This document shows positions 9,265 to 18,578 of a DNA stretch of 60,128 nt, piece by piece. The stretch's first letter is position 1, and each line of letters opens with the position of its first letter. Made by a program: the position numbers and the translations under genes. This stretch comes from Minisyncoccota bacterium (GTDB lineage: Bacteria > Patescibacteriota > Minisyncoccia > UBA6257 > GWB1-50-10). The notes under the pieces were generated by a model. That model had not been told where the DNA came from. It saw only the letters and a program-made list of their open reading frames with translations, and ran no database searches. The stretch is taken from NCBI GenBank assembly GCA_020059915.1, contig JAGVBB010000002.1, forward strand, positions 1 to 60,128, given 5' to 3'.

Positions 9265-9807
9265 TTAATAGGTTGCTGGTTTTATTGAATCAATCGCGGA
9301 TACTGGCCACAGACGGAATTTCACAAGACCAGTAACATCATTTTTCGTAAGCGGTCCCCATGAACGTGAATCATAGCTAAAATCTCTATTGTCGCCCATC
9401 ACAAAATATTCATCCTCCGTGAGTGTTTCATCAATATTTTTTGCAATACTCATTCCTGAAATATATGGCTCAACTAATTGAATTTCTTTCCCATCAACGT
9501 CATACACAGTAACCGAGTCATCCTGGACCACTACTCGCTCTCCAGGTAATCCAATGATGCGTTTTATATAATATGCCTTGTGATCACCGGGATACTTAAA
9601 GACAATAATTTCACCTCGTGCTGGCTCCCTGAAACGATATGAGAGTTCATCAACAAGAAGATAATCGCCGTCTTTAAAATTTGGCTCCATACTTGATCCA
9701 CTTACCAAAAATGGTTGTGCAATAAATGTTCGGATGAGTATCACTGCAATAACAGCAATTGCAACCGTCTCGACCACCTCAAATAAGGACCAGAAAAATT
9801 TTCTCAT
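9265..9807 (-). CDS. lepB: Signal peptidase I
   Basis: SGSSMEPN, YIKRIIGLPG, GDNRDFSYDSR. Confidence 0.96.
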   Translation of the reverse strand: MRKFFWSLFEVVETVAIAVIAVILIRTFIAQPFLVSGSSMEPNFKDGDYLLVDELSYRFREPARGEIIVFKYPGDHKAYYIKRIIGLPGERVVVQDDSVTVYDVDGKEIQLVEPYISGMSIAKNIDETLTEDEYFVMGDNRDFSYDSRSWGPLTKNDVTGLVKFRLWPVSAIDSIKPATY

Positions 9808-9911
9808 CCCGTTAGAAAACCTGACAACTAAGTTTATTCGACGAAAATGATGTTTGTGTGTGTATATCCATATACGTTTTTATTTTCATGTATGTTCTGT
9901 TTTCTAACGGG
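9808..9911. mobile_element. 104-bp MITE-like element, copy 1
   Basis: Termini cccgttagaaa / tttctaacggg; homologous to 29494-29599. Confidence 0.65.
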
Positions 9912-9964
9912 ACTCATGTATTATATAGCAGTTTAACCCTAAGTATGCGATAATTTTACTCAAG

Positions 9965-10507
9965 ATGCCAATGGAGTTCAACCCTGAGACCATTTCGCTT
10001 GTTATAGGACTTGGAAATCCAGGAAAAGAATACACAAATACGTTCCATAATGCGGGACAAATTGTTCTCCACACGTTTTGTGGAGATAGTAAATTTTCCA
10101 ATCCTCGCCCATCGTTTTCTTACACAAAATATAACAATATATCTTTTATCATTCCTCAGGTATTTATGAATGAATCGGGTGTTGCTGTAGCAAACGCCAT
10201 TTCATATTTCAAATCATCTCCAGAACAAATTCTTGTTTTGCACGATGATACGGATTTGATGTTGGGAGAGACACGACTGCAGTTTGGCAGAGGAGATGCG
10301 GGACATAACGGAATTAAATCAATTGTTCAACATGTGGGAACTGAAGCGTTTTGGAGATTTCGTATTGGTGTCAGAGAACAAACAGAGCATTCAATTCGAA
10401 TAAAAGCAAAATCAATTGTTTTACAAGAAATGGGAGAGGAACATAAAGAAATAATAACAAAGACAGCAGAGATACTAAAAGAGCTCCTCAAACAAAAAAA
10501 CCTTTAA
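9965..10507 (+). CDS. pth: Peptidyl-tRNA hydrolase
   Basis: GLGNPGKEY, HNAG, FMNESG, HDD, GHNG. Confidence 0.95.
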   Translation: MPMEFNPETISLVIGLGNPGKEYTNTFHNAGQIVLHTFCGDSKFSNPRPSFSYTKYNNISFIIPQVFMNESGVAVANAISYFKSSPEQILVLHDDTDLMLGETRLQFGRGDAGHNGIKSIVQHVGTEAFWRFRIGVREQTEHSIRIKAKSIVLQEMGEEHKEIITKTAEILKELLKQKNL

Positions 10508-12018
10508 GAAGGTTTTTTTGTTTGAGGTATATATTTGAAAGATATTTGAAACCCAACTGTTCCATCTTCTCTAGAGGCTATCTGGGAAACTAGTAAATCT
10601 ACATTATCAAAATCTTTTTCTTTTATCAACGTATTTTTAAAGTCAACAATTGAGTTTGTGTCCGATCCATGTGCAATCATAGAGATTGGTTCATCAAACG
10701 TGCCCGCCTCTATTTTATCCACAATAATGTTTTGTGATGTAGTAATTTTTTCTAGTCTATCAAAAAATTCTGGCCATGGTTTTTTAGAAAGTTCAACATC
10801 TCCCACGTTCTTCACTAGAGCATTAAACAAACTGACATTTCCTTCTAATTGGGCGAGTTCTTTTTGTGGAAGATTTGCAGTGAATATCGCAAGATGATTT
10901 TTTGTTTTTAACAACTCATTTCCAAGAATGTAGGCGCCTCCAGCAAAAAGAATAAAAATAATACCCAACACAGCAACGGTAACCCCACGCCACAAACGAA
11001 TAAATCGAATTGTTTGTTCTTGGAGAAAGAAGTCTCCAGATGTGATAGGAGCAAAATTAATAGGATCACCGAATTTATATGAGGCATTTTCTCGAAGTGC
11101 TGCACCAATGGCGGCATACCAAGAAGAAGAGATGTTCCACGAAGGGATTGAAAAAAGAACAGTAGGAAGCGCAAAATGTGTCTTTATATACGTTTGCATT
11201 CCCTCTTCGAATCCAGGAGTCACCAAAAATATTCTTTCTGGAGCATCCTTGAATTTACTAACACAAAAATTAATAACTTTCTGGAGCTCTTCACCAACTA
11301 TAGATTCAAAGTAATCTTTTGTTATCTCTTTTTTGTCGCCCTGTATTGATGCCCAGGAACGGAAATAGTCAAAATAAAGTGCCTTGTTTTTTATGATTGA
11401 AAGGTTCATGCCATCAGATGATATAGAAATAAGAATCGCTGGTCGTTCTCCAGTAATGTTCGCGAGTTCGATAAGACGAGTGAGAGCAAGAGAAGAAAAC
11501 TCAAGAACAATAGGAGAAAAATGTGTTAATTCAAGTGTCTGTCGAATTCCATCAACAAATGCTTTCTCGGCAAATGCACCAAGTAATTCAAATTGATCCT
11601 GTGTTTCCCGAACTACCTGCCAAGTCATATATGCATGATCTGGGGACATAGGAGAAATCATCTGAATATTTAAACCCGCCGCCTCCTTTAATTTATCCAA
11701 TCCAATGTTCGGCACATTAAAACTTTGTGTATATATTCCTGAGGATGGGAGTATCACCGTAACAGGAATAATTACTCGTTGATCTTTAGTGAGAGCATCA
11801 TGGAGTTGTGTTAGTGCTTCACGAAATTTTTGTTCATCAATAACTCGTCCGCCACGAATTACTCCATAAGGAAGTTTTATGGTGTAGGGCTTTATTGATC
11901 CTGCTTCAATGGAAAGATATTGAATTGATGCATCAGTAATCAAAAGACCACCAATATTTGGTTTAGAACTCAACCGCTCCAAAAAATATTTTACCTTTTG
12001 AAGTATTTGTTTGTTCAT
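10504..12018 (-). CDS. PilM-like actin-fold protein with a C-terminal TM and PilN-like region
   Basis: GGLLITDASIQY, GVIRGG near the N-terminus; TM at about residues 345-365 followed by a ferredoxin-like segment. Confidence 0.6.
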   Translation of the reverse strand: MNKQILQKVKYFLERLSSKPNIGGLLITDASIQYLSIEAGSIKPYTIKLPYGVIRGGRVIDEQKFREALTQLHDALTKDQRVIIPVTVILPSSGIYTQSFNVPNIGLDKLKEAAGLNIQMISPMSPDHAYMTWQVVRETQDQFELLGAFAEKAFVDGIRQTLELTHFSPIVLEFSSLALTRLIELANITGERPAILISISSDGMNLSIIKNKALYFDYFRSWASIQGDKKEITKDYFESIVGEELQKVINFCVSKFKDAPERIFLVTPGFEEGMQTYIKTHFALPTVLFSIPSWNISSSWYAAIGAALRENASYKFGDPINFAPITSGDFFLQEQTIRFIRLWRGVTVAVLGIIFILFAGGAYILGNELLKTKNHLAIFTANLPQKELAQLEGNVSLFNALVKNVGDVELSKKPWPEFFDRLEKITTSQNIIVDKIEAGTFDEPISMIAHGSDTNSIVDFKNTLIKEKDFDNVDLLVSQIASREDGTVGFQISFKYIPQTKKPS

Positions 12019-12020
12019 AA

Positions 12021-12482
12021 TTATTGCACTGGCTGTTCGCTTATTGAACGAAGCTCTGCAAGTCCATTGGTAGTATTTAATAATAATACAGCAACAAGTT
12101 TTCGCTGTCTTGTTCCTGCAACACCGACAGAAGTTATAGTATATTCACAATTCTCCCCAACAACCGATTTAGAAACTGAAACATCAGCCATATCCTGATT
12201 TAGATCGATAGTATATGCACTTATATCTCCACAAAGAGTACCGTTACGCACCAGACGTATTTCTGCGTCCCGGATTCCCGAAGAAGCCACAGAAAGTGCT
12301 CGGGCCGACAGTCGCTCTCCCAACCCAGCACTACTCAAAAAGTAGGTAACAAATGATCCAGCAACAGCAATTTCTAAAATAAGTCCACTAATAAGGATAA
12401 TAAAGGAAAGTGTTGCCTGTCCTGAATGCAGTATAGTAGCCATTTTTTGGAGCCGCTGATGACGAATCATTGATATCATCAT
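12021..12482 (-). CDS. PilX/minor pseudopilin-like protein (start may be 12443)
   Basis: SG|QATLSFIILISGLILEIAVA hydrophobic N-terminus; upstream of the PilM-like gene. Confidence 0.5.
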   Translation of the reverse strand: MMISMIRHQRLQKMATILHSGQATLSFIILISGLILEIAVAGSFVTYFLSSAGLGERLSARALSVASSGIRDAEIRLVRNGTLCGDISAYTIDLNQDMADVSVSKSVVGENCEYTITSVGVAGTRQRKLVAVLLLNTTNGLAELRSISEQPVQ

Positions 12483-12526
12483 AACAAAAAACCCGATGTA
12501 TTCACATCGGGTTTTATAAACAGAGA

Positions 12527-12970
12527 TTAGTTATTCTCCTCTGTTTGTGGTTCTGGTTGTACTGGCTGCTGTTGTACTGGAGCTTGTTGTGGTTGTGCCG
12601 CTGGAAGTAAATCTGGATTCTCGGTGAATACTTTTGCAAGATCACTATCATCGCGAAGCGTTGTATACCAAACAACTTCTGAACGATTGATTTTTAAGAT
12701 GTCTGATGGTCCCCAAAACACATTCTTAAATCTCTGTACACTCAAAGGATTCTGTTGATTTGTCTGATTAACCTGTAAAAGATACGGCTGTTTCAAACCA
12801 AAGTATGGAAATCGAACGAGTTTTCCAAAATATAAATCGCCCGTTTTTAAATATACCGCAGTATATGTTGGCTTCCCTACTAACTCACGCACGATTACAA
12901 ATCCAGTAAGTAGAACGAGAAGCACAATAACGACGATGAGAAGAATTTTATTTGTCTTATTTATGCTCAT
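12527..12970 (-). CDS. Membrane-anchored hypothetical protein
   Basis: N-terminal TM, YTAVYLKTGDLYFG, Q/P-rich tail. Confidence 0.8.
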   Translation of the reverse strand: MSINKTNKILLIVVIVLLVLLTGFVIVRELVGKPTYTAVYLKTGDLYFGKLVRFPYFGLKQPYLLQVNQTNQQNPLSVQRFKNVFWGPSDILKINRSEVVWYTTLRDDSDLAKVFTENPDLLPAAQPQQAPVQQQPVQPEPQTEENN

Positions 12971-12989
12971 ATATATGTATTATACCACA

Positions 12990-13916
12990 TCAATGTTTTT
13001 CTCCACTGTGGAATACTTCGTATATATTGAGGACAGCTTTCACTGCATCTCCAACAGAAATATTATTTTGCCGATATGGAATATCAGTGATGTCCCCCGC
13101 TGCCCAAATACCAGAACACGAGGTTTTCATGGTGCGCGCATCAACAATAATTGCTCCATATTGGTTTCGTTCAACAAGATGTTCAACAAAACCACTGTTG
13201 GGGACGGCACCAATTTCCACAAATATACCATCAACAGGAAGTGAGATATTTTTGTTTGTCGTTTTATCGGTATAGGTAATCCCAGATACAGAACCACTCC
13301 CCTCTATGGATGTTGTTTCTGCGTTATAAATAATGTGTACCTTCTCTGATTTTTTTATTTTTTCCTGGGTAATCAAATCACCCTTAAGCTCACTGCCATG
13401 ATGAATAAGATAAATAGAAGACGCGTAGGGCATCAAATCAAGAACCGCCTCCAACGCGGAATTCCCACCACCAATAACCGAAACTGTTTTTTCTCCAAAC
13501 AATGGCGCATCACATATTGAACAATAAAACACCCCCTTCCCCTCGAATTCGGACTCGCCAGGAACATTCAACTTTCTTCTTCCACTTCCCGATGCAACCA
13601 AAATCATTTTTGTTTCATATGATTTTGTTTTTGTTTTTACAAAAAATGTTCCATCATCTTTTTTTTCAACGGCAATAACCGGCTCTCCATCATTGATTTC
13701 AACGCCCGACTGTGCTCGCAAATGTTTTTCAAGTGACTGTGCAAGTTCAAGCCCAGATATTGAGGGGGTACCAACCCAATTTTGAATGTCTGCAGAAACA
13801 ACCGACTGACCACCAAATAGGTCCGCAACGACAAGTGTTTTTAGTCGCTTTCTCCCTGCATACACACCACCTGCCACCGCCGCAGGTCCACCACCGATAA
13901 TAATAAGATCATACAT
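12990..13916 (-). CDS. trxB: Thioredoxin-disulfide reductase family
   Basis: GGGPA, CSICD redox pair, GGGNSA, AAGD. Confidence 0.9.
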   Translation of the reverse strand: MYDLIIIGGGPAAVAGGVYAGRKRLKTLVVADLFGGQSVVSADIQNWVGTPSISGLELAQSLEKHLRAQSGVEINDGEPVIAVEKKDDGTFFVKTKTKSYETKMILVASGSGRRKLNVPGESEFEGKGVFYCSICDAPLFGEKTVSVIGGGNSALEAVLDLMPYASSIYLIHHGSELKGDLITQEKIKKSEKVHIIYNAETTSIEGSGSVSGITYTDKTTNKNISLPVDGIFVEIGAVPNSGFVEHLVERNQYGAIIVDARTMKTSCSGIWAAGDITDIPYRQNNISVGDAVKAVLNIYEVFHSGEKH

Positions 13917-13923
13917 AGATAGA

Positions 13924-13951
13924 TTTTTAGCTTTTAGCGGTTAGCTATTAG
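13924..13951. repeat. Heptamer array (NNNTTAG)x4
   Basis: tttttag cttttag cggttag ctattag. Confidence 0.75.
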
Positions 13952-13975
13952 CATTACAATAGTTTAAACGACTTT

Positions 13976-14323
13976 TTATAATTTTGAAATAAATACATTA
14001 AGCATTTTCATTACTTCTTCTAACTTCCCCTCAATACATCGAAACAACTCAATATCAATTAAACCAATACGTTTAGCAATTTCAAGTTGAGTATTAAGTT
14101 CTGATCCAGAGCCATATGCAATCCGAAGAAATTGTTTAAACTCCTTATCTATTCCTCGCATTCGTCCCTCTGCAATATTTGATGGGATAGAAACAGCACA
14201 TCTTCTCATTTGTGAAACTAGACCAAACATCTCACTCCTTGGAAATTTTTCTGTGATTACATACACATCAGAGACAATGTCCATACTCCGCTGCCAAATT
14301 AAAAGATCTTTGTATGATTTCAT
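13976..14323 (-). CDS. Four-helix-bundle protein (23S rRNA IVS protein-like family)
   Basis: SYKDLLIWQ, FPRSEMFGLVSQMRRCAVSIPSNIAEG, GSGSELNTQL. Confidence 0.93.
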   Translation of the reverse strand: MKSYKDLLIWQRSMDIVSDVYVITEKFPRSEMFGLVSQMRRCAVSIPSNIAEGRMRGIDKEFKQFLRIAYGSGSELNTQLEIAKRIGLIDIELFRCIEGKLEEVMKMLNVFISKL

Positions 14324-14327
14324 ATAG

Positions 14328-14355
14328 CTAACAGCTAAAGACTAATGGCTAATTG
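14328..14355. repeat. Heptamer array (CTAANNN)x4, inverted relative to 13924-13951
   Basis: ctaacag ctaaaga ctaatgg ctaattg. Confidence 0.75.
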
Positions 14356-14359
14356 CTAG

Positions 14360-14524
14360 CTACTCTTCTGGCGGAATGAAATTCCAAAGAATAAACAGTG
14401 ATATAAGACACCCAGAAAATATATTGCTCCAGAGAGCAAGATTATATGAAGAAAATCCCAACACCCATGGAGATACAAGGATCCAAATCCCCAAACCGAA
14501 TACTATCCAATAATTCCAATGCAT
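14360..14524 (-). CDS. SPW-repeat small membrane protein, 54 aa (absent from the ORF track)
   Basis: Hand translation MHWNYWIVFGLGIWILVSPWVLGFSSYNLALWSNIFSGCLISLFILWNFIPPEE; TATAAT 6 nt upstream. Confidence 0.8.
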   Translation of the reverse strand: MHWNYWIVFGLGIWILVSPWVLGFSSYNLALWSNIFSGCLISLFILWNFIPPEE

Positions 14525-14587
14525 ATATCCATTATACGGATAATACGCATAAAATAAAATCTCCCTTTTAGGGGAGATTTTATCTCA

Positions 14588-15310
14588 TTATTTTTGATTC
14601 AATATTTCTTCCAGTGCCGCCTTAAACTGTTCTACTGGCATATATCCGTTCAATGGAAGATATTGTCCATTTGGTGCAATCACCACAGAATATGGGGTGC
14701 CCTGAAGTCCTGATTTATTTCCATCCTCAATATTTGTCTGAATCAATTTATCAAAATCTCCCGAGGTCAAACACTTCTCAAACTCTCCACGATCCACACC
14801 AACTTGTGTCGCAAACGTTGGAAGTAATGCGAGATCCAATCCGTCATTTGATTTTGTTGATTCAAAGATTTTATCAACATACTGCCAAAACGCTTCCTCT
14901 CCTCCCAAATCAGCAACACATTCAGTTGCTATTGCTTCCTGTTTCGCCTGCTTGTGCAACGTGGTAAGTGGGAAGTTTCTCAACACAAACTGAATCTTTC
15001 CCGGCATTTCCTGCATCACCTGCTTCAATACATTGTGATATTCCTTACAGAACGGACACTCAAGATCAGTAAAGCCAATAATTTTGATTGGCGCATCATC
15101 TGGTCCAAGTTTGTGATCTTTCTTTGAAATTGGTCTCACATTTTTTGCGGCCTGATCGCCAGCAACTGCGGGATTGTTGGGAACTCCTTCATTTGAAGGA
15201 TTGTTGGTTTTGCCCGCGTTATAAAATACTGCTCCCGCAATTAATACCGCGGCAATGAGAATGCTTGCGGGAAGTAAGTAATCTCTTTTTTGTTTGTGTT
15301 CGTGTTCCAT
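14588..15310 (-). CDS. DsbA-family oxidoreductase
   Basis: N-terminal TM, DLECPFC, RNFPL, GLQGTP. Confidence 0.92.
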   Translation of the reverse strand: MEHEHKQKRDYLLPASILIAAVLIAGAVFYNAGKTNNPSNEGVPNNPAVAGDQAAKNVRPISKKDHKLGPDDAPIKIIGFTDLECPFCKEYHNVLKQVMQEMPGKIQFVLRNFPLTTLHKQAKQEAIATECVADLGGEEAFWQYVDKIFESTKSNDGLDLALLPTFATQVGVDRGEFEKCLTSGDFDKLIQTNIEDGNKSGLQGTPYSVVIAPNGQYLPLNGYMPVEQFKAALEEILNQK

Positions 15311-15406
15311 ATCACATAATTATAGCGAATCGGTTTTTTCGCGCAAACTAAAATAGGAAAAAACTTCATTTGATAAATATAGAAATTGAGGTAGGATGAA
15401 ATCGAT

Positions 15407-16735
15407 ATGGGAGTACGAAAAAAGACCCTATTGCTTATCGGAGATGCATGTATGCTCTATGGGGCGCTGGCACTGGCGCTTGTCGTTCGCTATTGGGATA
15501 TATCCTCATTTCCTGAACAGTGGACAAAGCACCTACTTCCCTTCTCCGTTATATTTCCTTTTTGGCTTCTTATTTTCTATTGGAACGATCTTTATCGATT
15601 CAAAGCACTTCGCGATCGTCGACTTTTATTAAAATCTCTTTTTCGTGCAATACTCCTTGCGGTGTTGGGATCGGTACTGTTGTTTTATCTGTTCCCTGGA
15701 TTTTTCGGAGTTAATCCAAAAACAAATCTTTTCGTTCTTGGTATTTCTTCATTTTTTGTTTTATATATTTGGCGCGCACGCATACTTTCTTTGTTTGTAT
15801 CACGCGCAACAAATATCATACTTCTCGGAAATTCAAACAAAACACAAGAATTGTGTGCGTTTCTTGAAAGCAATCCACACGCAGGATTCCGTGTCGCGGA
15901 CACTATTACATCAGAAAAAGATTATTCATTAGAACGAATAAAGAATGATATAGAAAAAACAAACGCTCGACTCATTGTTGTGGAAAAACATTTTGCGAAC
16001 AATATGGAGTTTGTCCGATCACTCTACAAACTAATTCCCCTTGAAGTATCTATAATGCAGTTTTCTGATTTTTATGAGGTGATTTTCGAAAAAGAGCCAC
16101 TCGAAGAATTGGGAGAGGACTGGTTTGTTCAAAACATATCGGCGCGACGCCCCATGTATGACAGCACAAAACGAATTGTGGATATTGTATGTTCGCTCTG
16201 TTTTGGAATTATCATGATCGCACCATGGATAATAATTGCTATTCTTGTGAAACTCAGTTCGCGCGGACCAGTCATCTACAAGCAAACGAGGATTGGAAAA
16301 AATGGAGAATTGTTTACTATCTATAAATTCCGCACGATGCACGTAGATTCAGAAAAGAATGGTCCACAATGGTCTTCTGTGGAACATGATCCAAGAGTAA
16401 CCGCGCTTGGAAAGGTACTCCGCCACACACACCTTGATGAAACACCACAGTTTTGGAATATTCTCAAAGGAGACTGCTCTTTTGTTGGTCCACGTCCAGA
16501 ACGCCCAGAGTTTGTCTCTGTTCTCCAAAAAGATATTCCATTTTATGAAATGCGACACATCGTTCGTCCGGGACTCGCGGGTTGGGCACAAACAAATTAT
16601 AAATATGGATCTTCTATTGAAGATGCAAAAGAAAAGCTTGCATACGATATCTATTACATTCGCTCACGATCTCTTATGACCGATCTCTTTATTGTCATTC
16701 GTACTATCAAGCACATATTTGTAAAACTCATCTAA
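15407..16735 (+). CDS. Polyprenyl glycosylphosphotransferase (initiating sugar transferase)
   Basis: 4 N-terminal TMs; KRIVDI, YKFRTM, DPRVT, LDETPQ, SFVGPRPERP, VRPGLAGWAQ. Confidence 0.95.
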   Translation: MGVRKKTLLLIGDACMLYGALALALVVRYWDISSFPEQWTKHLLPFSVIFPFWLLIFYWNDLYRFKALRDRRLLLKSLFRAILLAVLGSVLLFYLFPGFFGVNPKTNLFVLGISSFFVLYIWRARILSLFVSRATNIILLGNSNKTQELCAFLESNPHAGFRVADTITSEKDYSLERIKNDIEKTNARLIVVEKHFANNMEFVRSLYKLIPLEVSIMQFSDFYEVIFEKEPLEELGEDWFVQNISARRPMYDSTKRIVDIVCSLCFGIIMIAPWIIIAILVKLSSRGPVIYKQTRIGKNGELFTIYKFRTMHVDSEKNGPQWSSVEHDPRVTALGKVLRHTHLDETPQFWNILKGDCSFVGPRPERPEFVSVLQKDIPFYEMRHIVRPGLAGWAQTNYKYGSSIEDAKEKLAYDIYYIRSRSLMTDLFIVIRTIKHIFVKLI

Positions 16736-17433
16736 TCTCTCCGCGGATGTAACAACCTATACCAGGCATAACATACAAGTTGTCCCGCAAATAAAAAATA
16801 TTCTTGGATGGAAAGTTTCGATGCGCTATGTGTTCGCATACGAAATGTAAACGGGAATTCCTGAATTGATCTCCATGTTCCCTTTACTAATATCTCAAAT
16901 AAAATTTTATATCCCTTTGTTTCAAGCGTTATTCCATGAATAACACTTTTCTTAAACATAAAATATCCGCTCAGTGGGTCATTTGATCCGGAGATCATTT
17001 TTGACATTCCAACGCCAACTCGTGAAGTAAGCTTTCTCCACCACTTCCAATCTTCTACCTCACTTCCCTCTGCAAACCTACTACCAATGACAATATCGTG
17101 TGTATCAAGTGCACGAATCATATCATTAAGGATTGTCGGGTCATGACTAAGGTCTGCGTCCATCACTCCAAGATATTCACGTTTTGATTGTTTGAATCCC
17201 TCAATCACCGCACTTCCTAGCCCCAATTTTCCGGAACGATGAATACATCGAATGGGATAGCTATTTTTTAAAGATTCAATAATGCCTCCCGTTCCATCGG
17301 GGGAATTGTCATCAACAAAAATAAATTCAATATCTGCAATTGTTGTATCAACAATATTAAAAATTTCCTCAAGAAACGGCTGTATGTTCTTTGCCTCATT
17401 ATATGTGGGAACAATTATAGAAATCGATTTCAT
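16732..17433 (-). CDS. GT2 polyprenol monophosphomannose synthase-like
   Basis: IIVPTYNE, VDDNSPDGT, MDADLSH, DPLSG. Confidence 0.92.
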   Translation of the reverse strand: MKSISIIVPTYNEAKNIQPFLEEIFNIVDTTIADIEFIFVDDNSPDGTGGIIESLKNSYPIRCIHRSGKLGLGSAVIEGFKQSKREYLGVMDADLSHDPTILNDMIRALDTHDIVIGSRFAEGSEVEDWKWWRKLTSRVGVGMSKMISGSNDPLSGYFMFKKSVIHGITLETKGYKILFEILVKGTWRSIQEFPFTFRMRTHSASKLSIQEYFLFAGQLVCYAWYRLLHPRRD

Positions 17434-17837
17434 GTTGTTTTATTTTTAAATACCCACAAACGATACAAGGCAAAATTCCACAATGTTGAACAAGCAATAT
17501 TTGAAAGACGAACGAGAATATACTGAATTCCCAAAATGTCATGTCCCAACCACATCCACAAAATTGCGATTCCATAATTGATACCAAACACTATATATAA
17601 TCGCATCATCTCCCCGCCAATGGTCCCATGAGATTGAAACGTCCAATACTTATTGAATATATAAATATATATACCCATCAGTATTTGGTTTAATACAACG
17701 GAAAGTACCGGCGTCATACCAAAAAACTCTTTAAACACATAAAGAACTGCAACATCAAGTAGCGTCCCCGTACCCCCAACCACTACATATCGGAAAAACT
17801 GTTTACTTAATATATATTTTTTTATAGTTTCTTTCAT
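17430..17837 (-). CDS. GtrA-family membrane protein
   Basis: QFFRYVVVG, NKYWTF, WNFALYRLWVF. Confidence 0.9.
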   Translation of the reverse strand: MKETIKKYILSKQFFRYVVVGGTGTLLDVAVLYVFKEFFGMTPVLSVVLNQILMGIYIYIFNKYWTFQSHGTIGGEMMRLYIVFGINYGIAILWMWLGHDILGIQYILVRLSNIACSTLWNFALYRLWVFKNKTT

Positions 17838-17894
17838 CTAATTATTTAAATAATTCTCTAAACAAACAAATATTCTTTCATTTTTGGTGACACT

Positions 17895-18482
17895 TTATAT
17901 TGTTCCGTGTTTTGTGACCTCAAAGATATGAACAAATTTGGCAATGTTCATATTATGTAAATCTTTAACAAAGTCACTAGGAATTTTCTTTTTTGCGATC
18001 CACACACTTTGCTGTAACAAAGAGAATCCCATATTCACAAGTGCCTCTCGTAACCACTCTCGCTTTGTTTTAATCTTCTCAGGAATATCAAAGGCAACAA
18101 TAGTATATCGTCCAGAATTCTCACAAATATACTTTTTTCGATCACTAAGGTCATGCGTCGCTTGTACACTATCCTTCCCATCTTTGGTTATACTCCACAC
18201 TCCATTTCCAGCACGCTCGACCAATCCTTGTTGTTCCAAACTATATAACGTTTTGTATAGTCCAATTTTTGTATTCCGATCAAAATAAAATTTCTTTTTT
18301 GGCATCATATTTCCCGCAAAACGGCTCGTGTTCATCCTTCCTATTTTCACCGAACCAACATATGTTTGAGCCAATAAATCTGCAATACAAAATGCTCCTC
18401 CTTTTAGTACTTCAAGAACTAACAATGTCTTGGTTCCATATCTTTTTCTCCTTCGTTTTATTTCTCTTTGTGTCATATTCAT
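17895..18482 (-). CDS. PaaX-like protein (wHTH plus Cas2/ferredoxin-like C-terminus)
   Basis: LYSLEQQGLVE..WSITKDG helix/wing; IVAFDIPEKIKTKREWLREALVNMGFSLLQQSVWI; AGGAGG upstream. Confidence 0.8.
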   Translation of the reverse strand: MNMTQREIKRRRKRYGTKTLLVLEVLKGGAFCIADLLAQTYVGSVKIGRMNTSRFAGNMMPKKKFYFDRNTKIGLYKTLYSLEQQGLVERAGNGVWSITKDGKDSVQATHDLSDRKKYICENSGRYTIVAFDIPEKIKTKREWLREALVNMGFSLLQQSVWIAKKKIPSDFVKDLHNMNIAKFVHIFEVTKHGTI

Positions 18483-18536
18483 TGAATTATTCTTACGCCC
18501 TCCTTTTATTGCATCTACTTTATTATTATACCACTC

Positions 18537-18578
18537 TCTGTACCCCTATAACGACGGCCGTCGTTATAGGGGTACAGA
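18537..18578. promoter_or_regulatory. Perfect 42-bp palindrome over the -35 region of the PaaX-like gene
   Basis: tctgtacccctataacgacgg|ccgtcgttataggggtacaga; minus-strand TATAAT at 18525-18530. Confidence 0.8.

Noticed and set aside
13976-14323. Avd-like protein as a sign of a diversity-generating retroelement
   Set aside because: No reverse transcriptase or TR/VR pair is visible in the window.
17895-18482. Calling this gene cas2
   Set aside because: It is 195 aa with a wHTH N-terminus and no array or cas operon; a PaaX-like call fits better.
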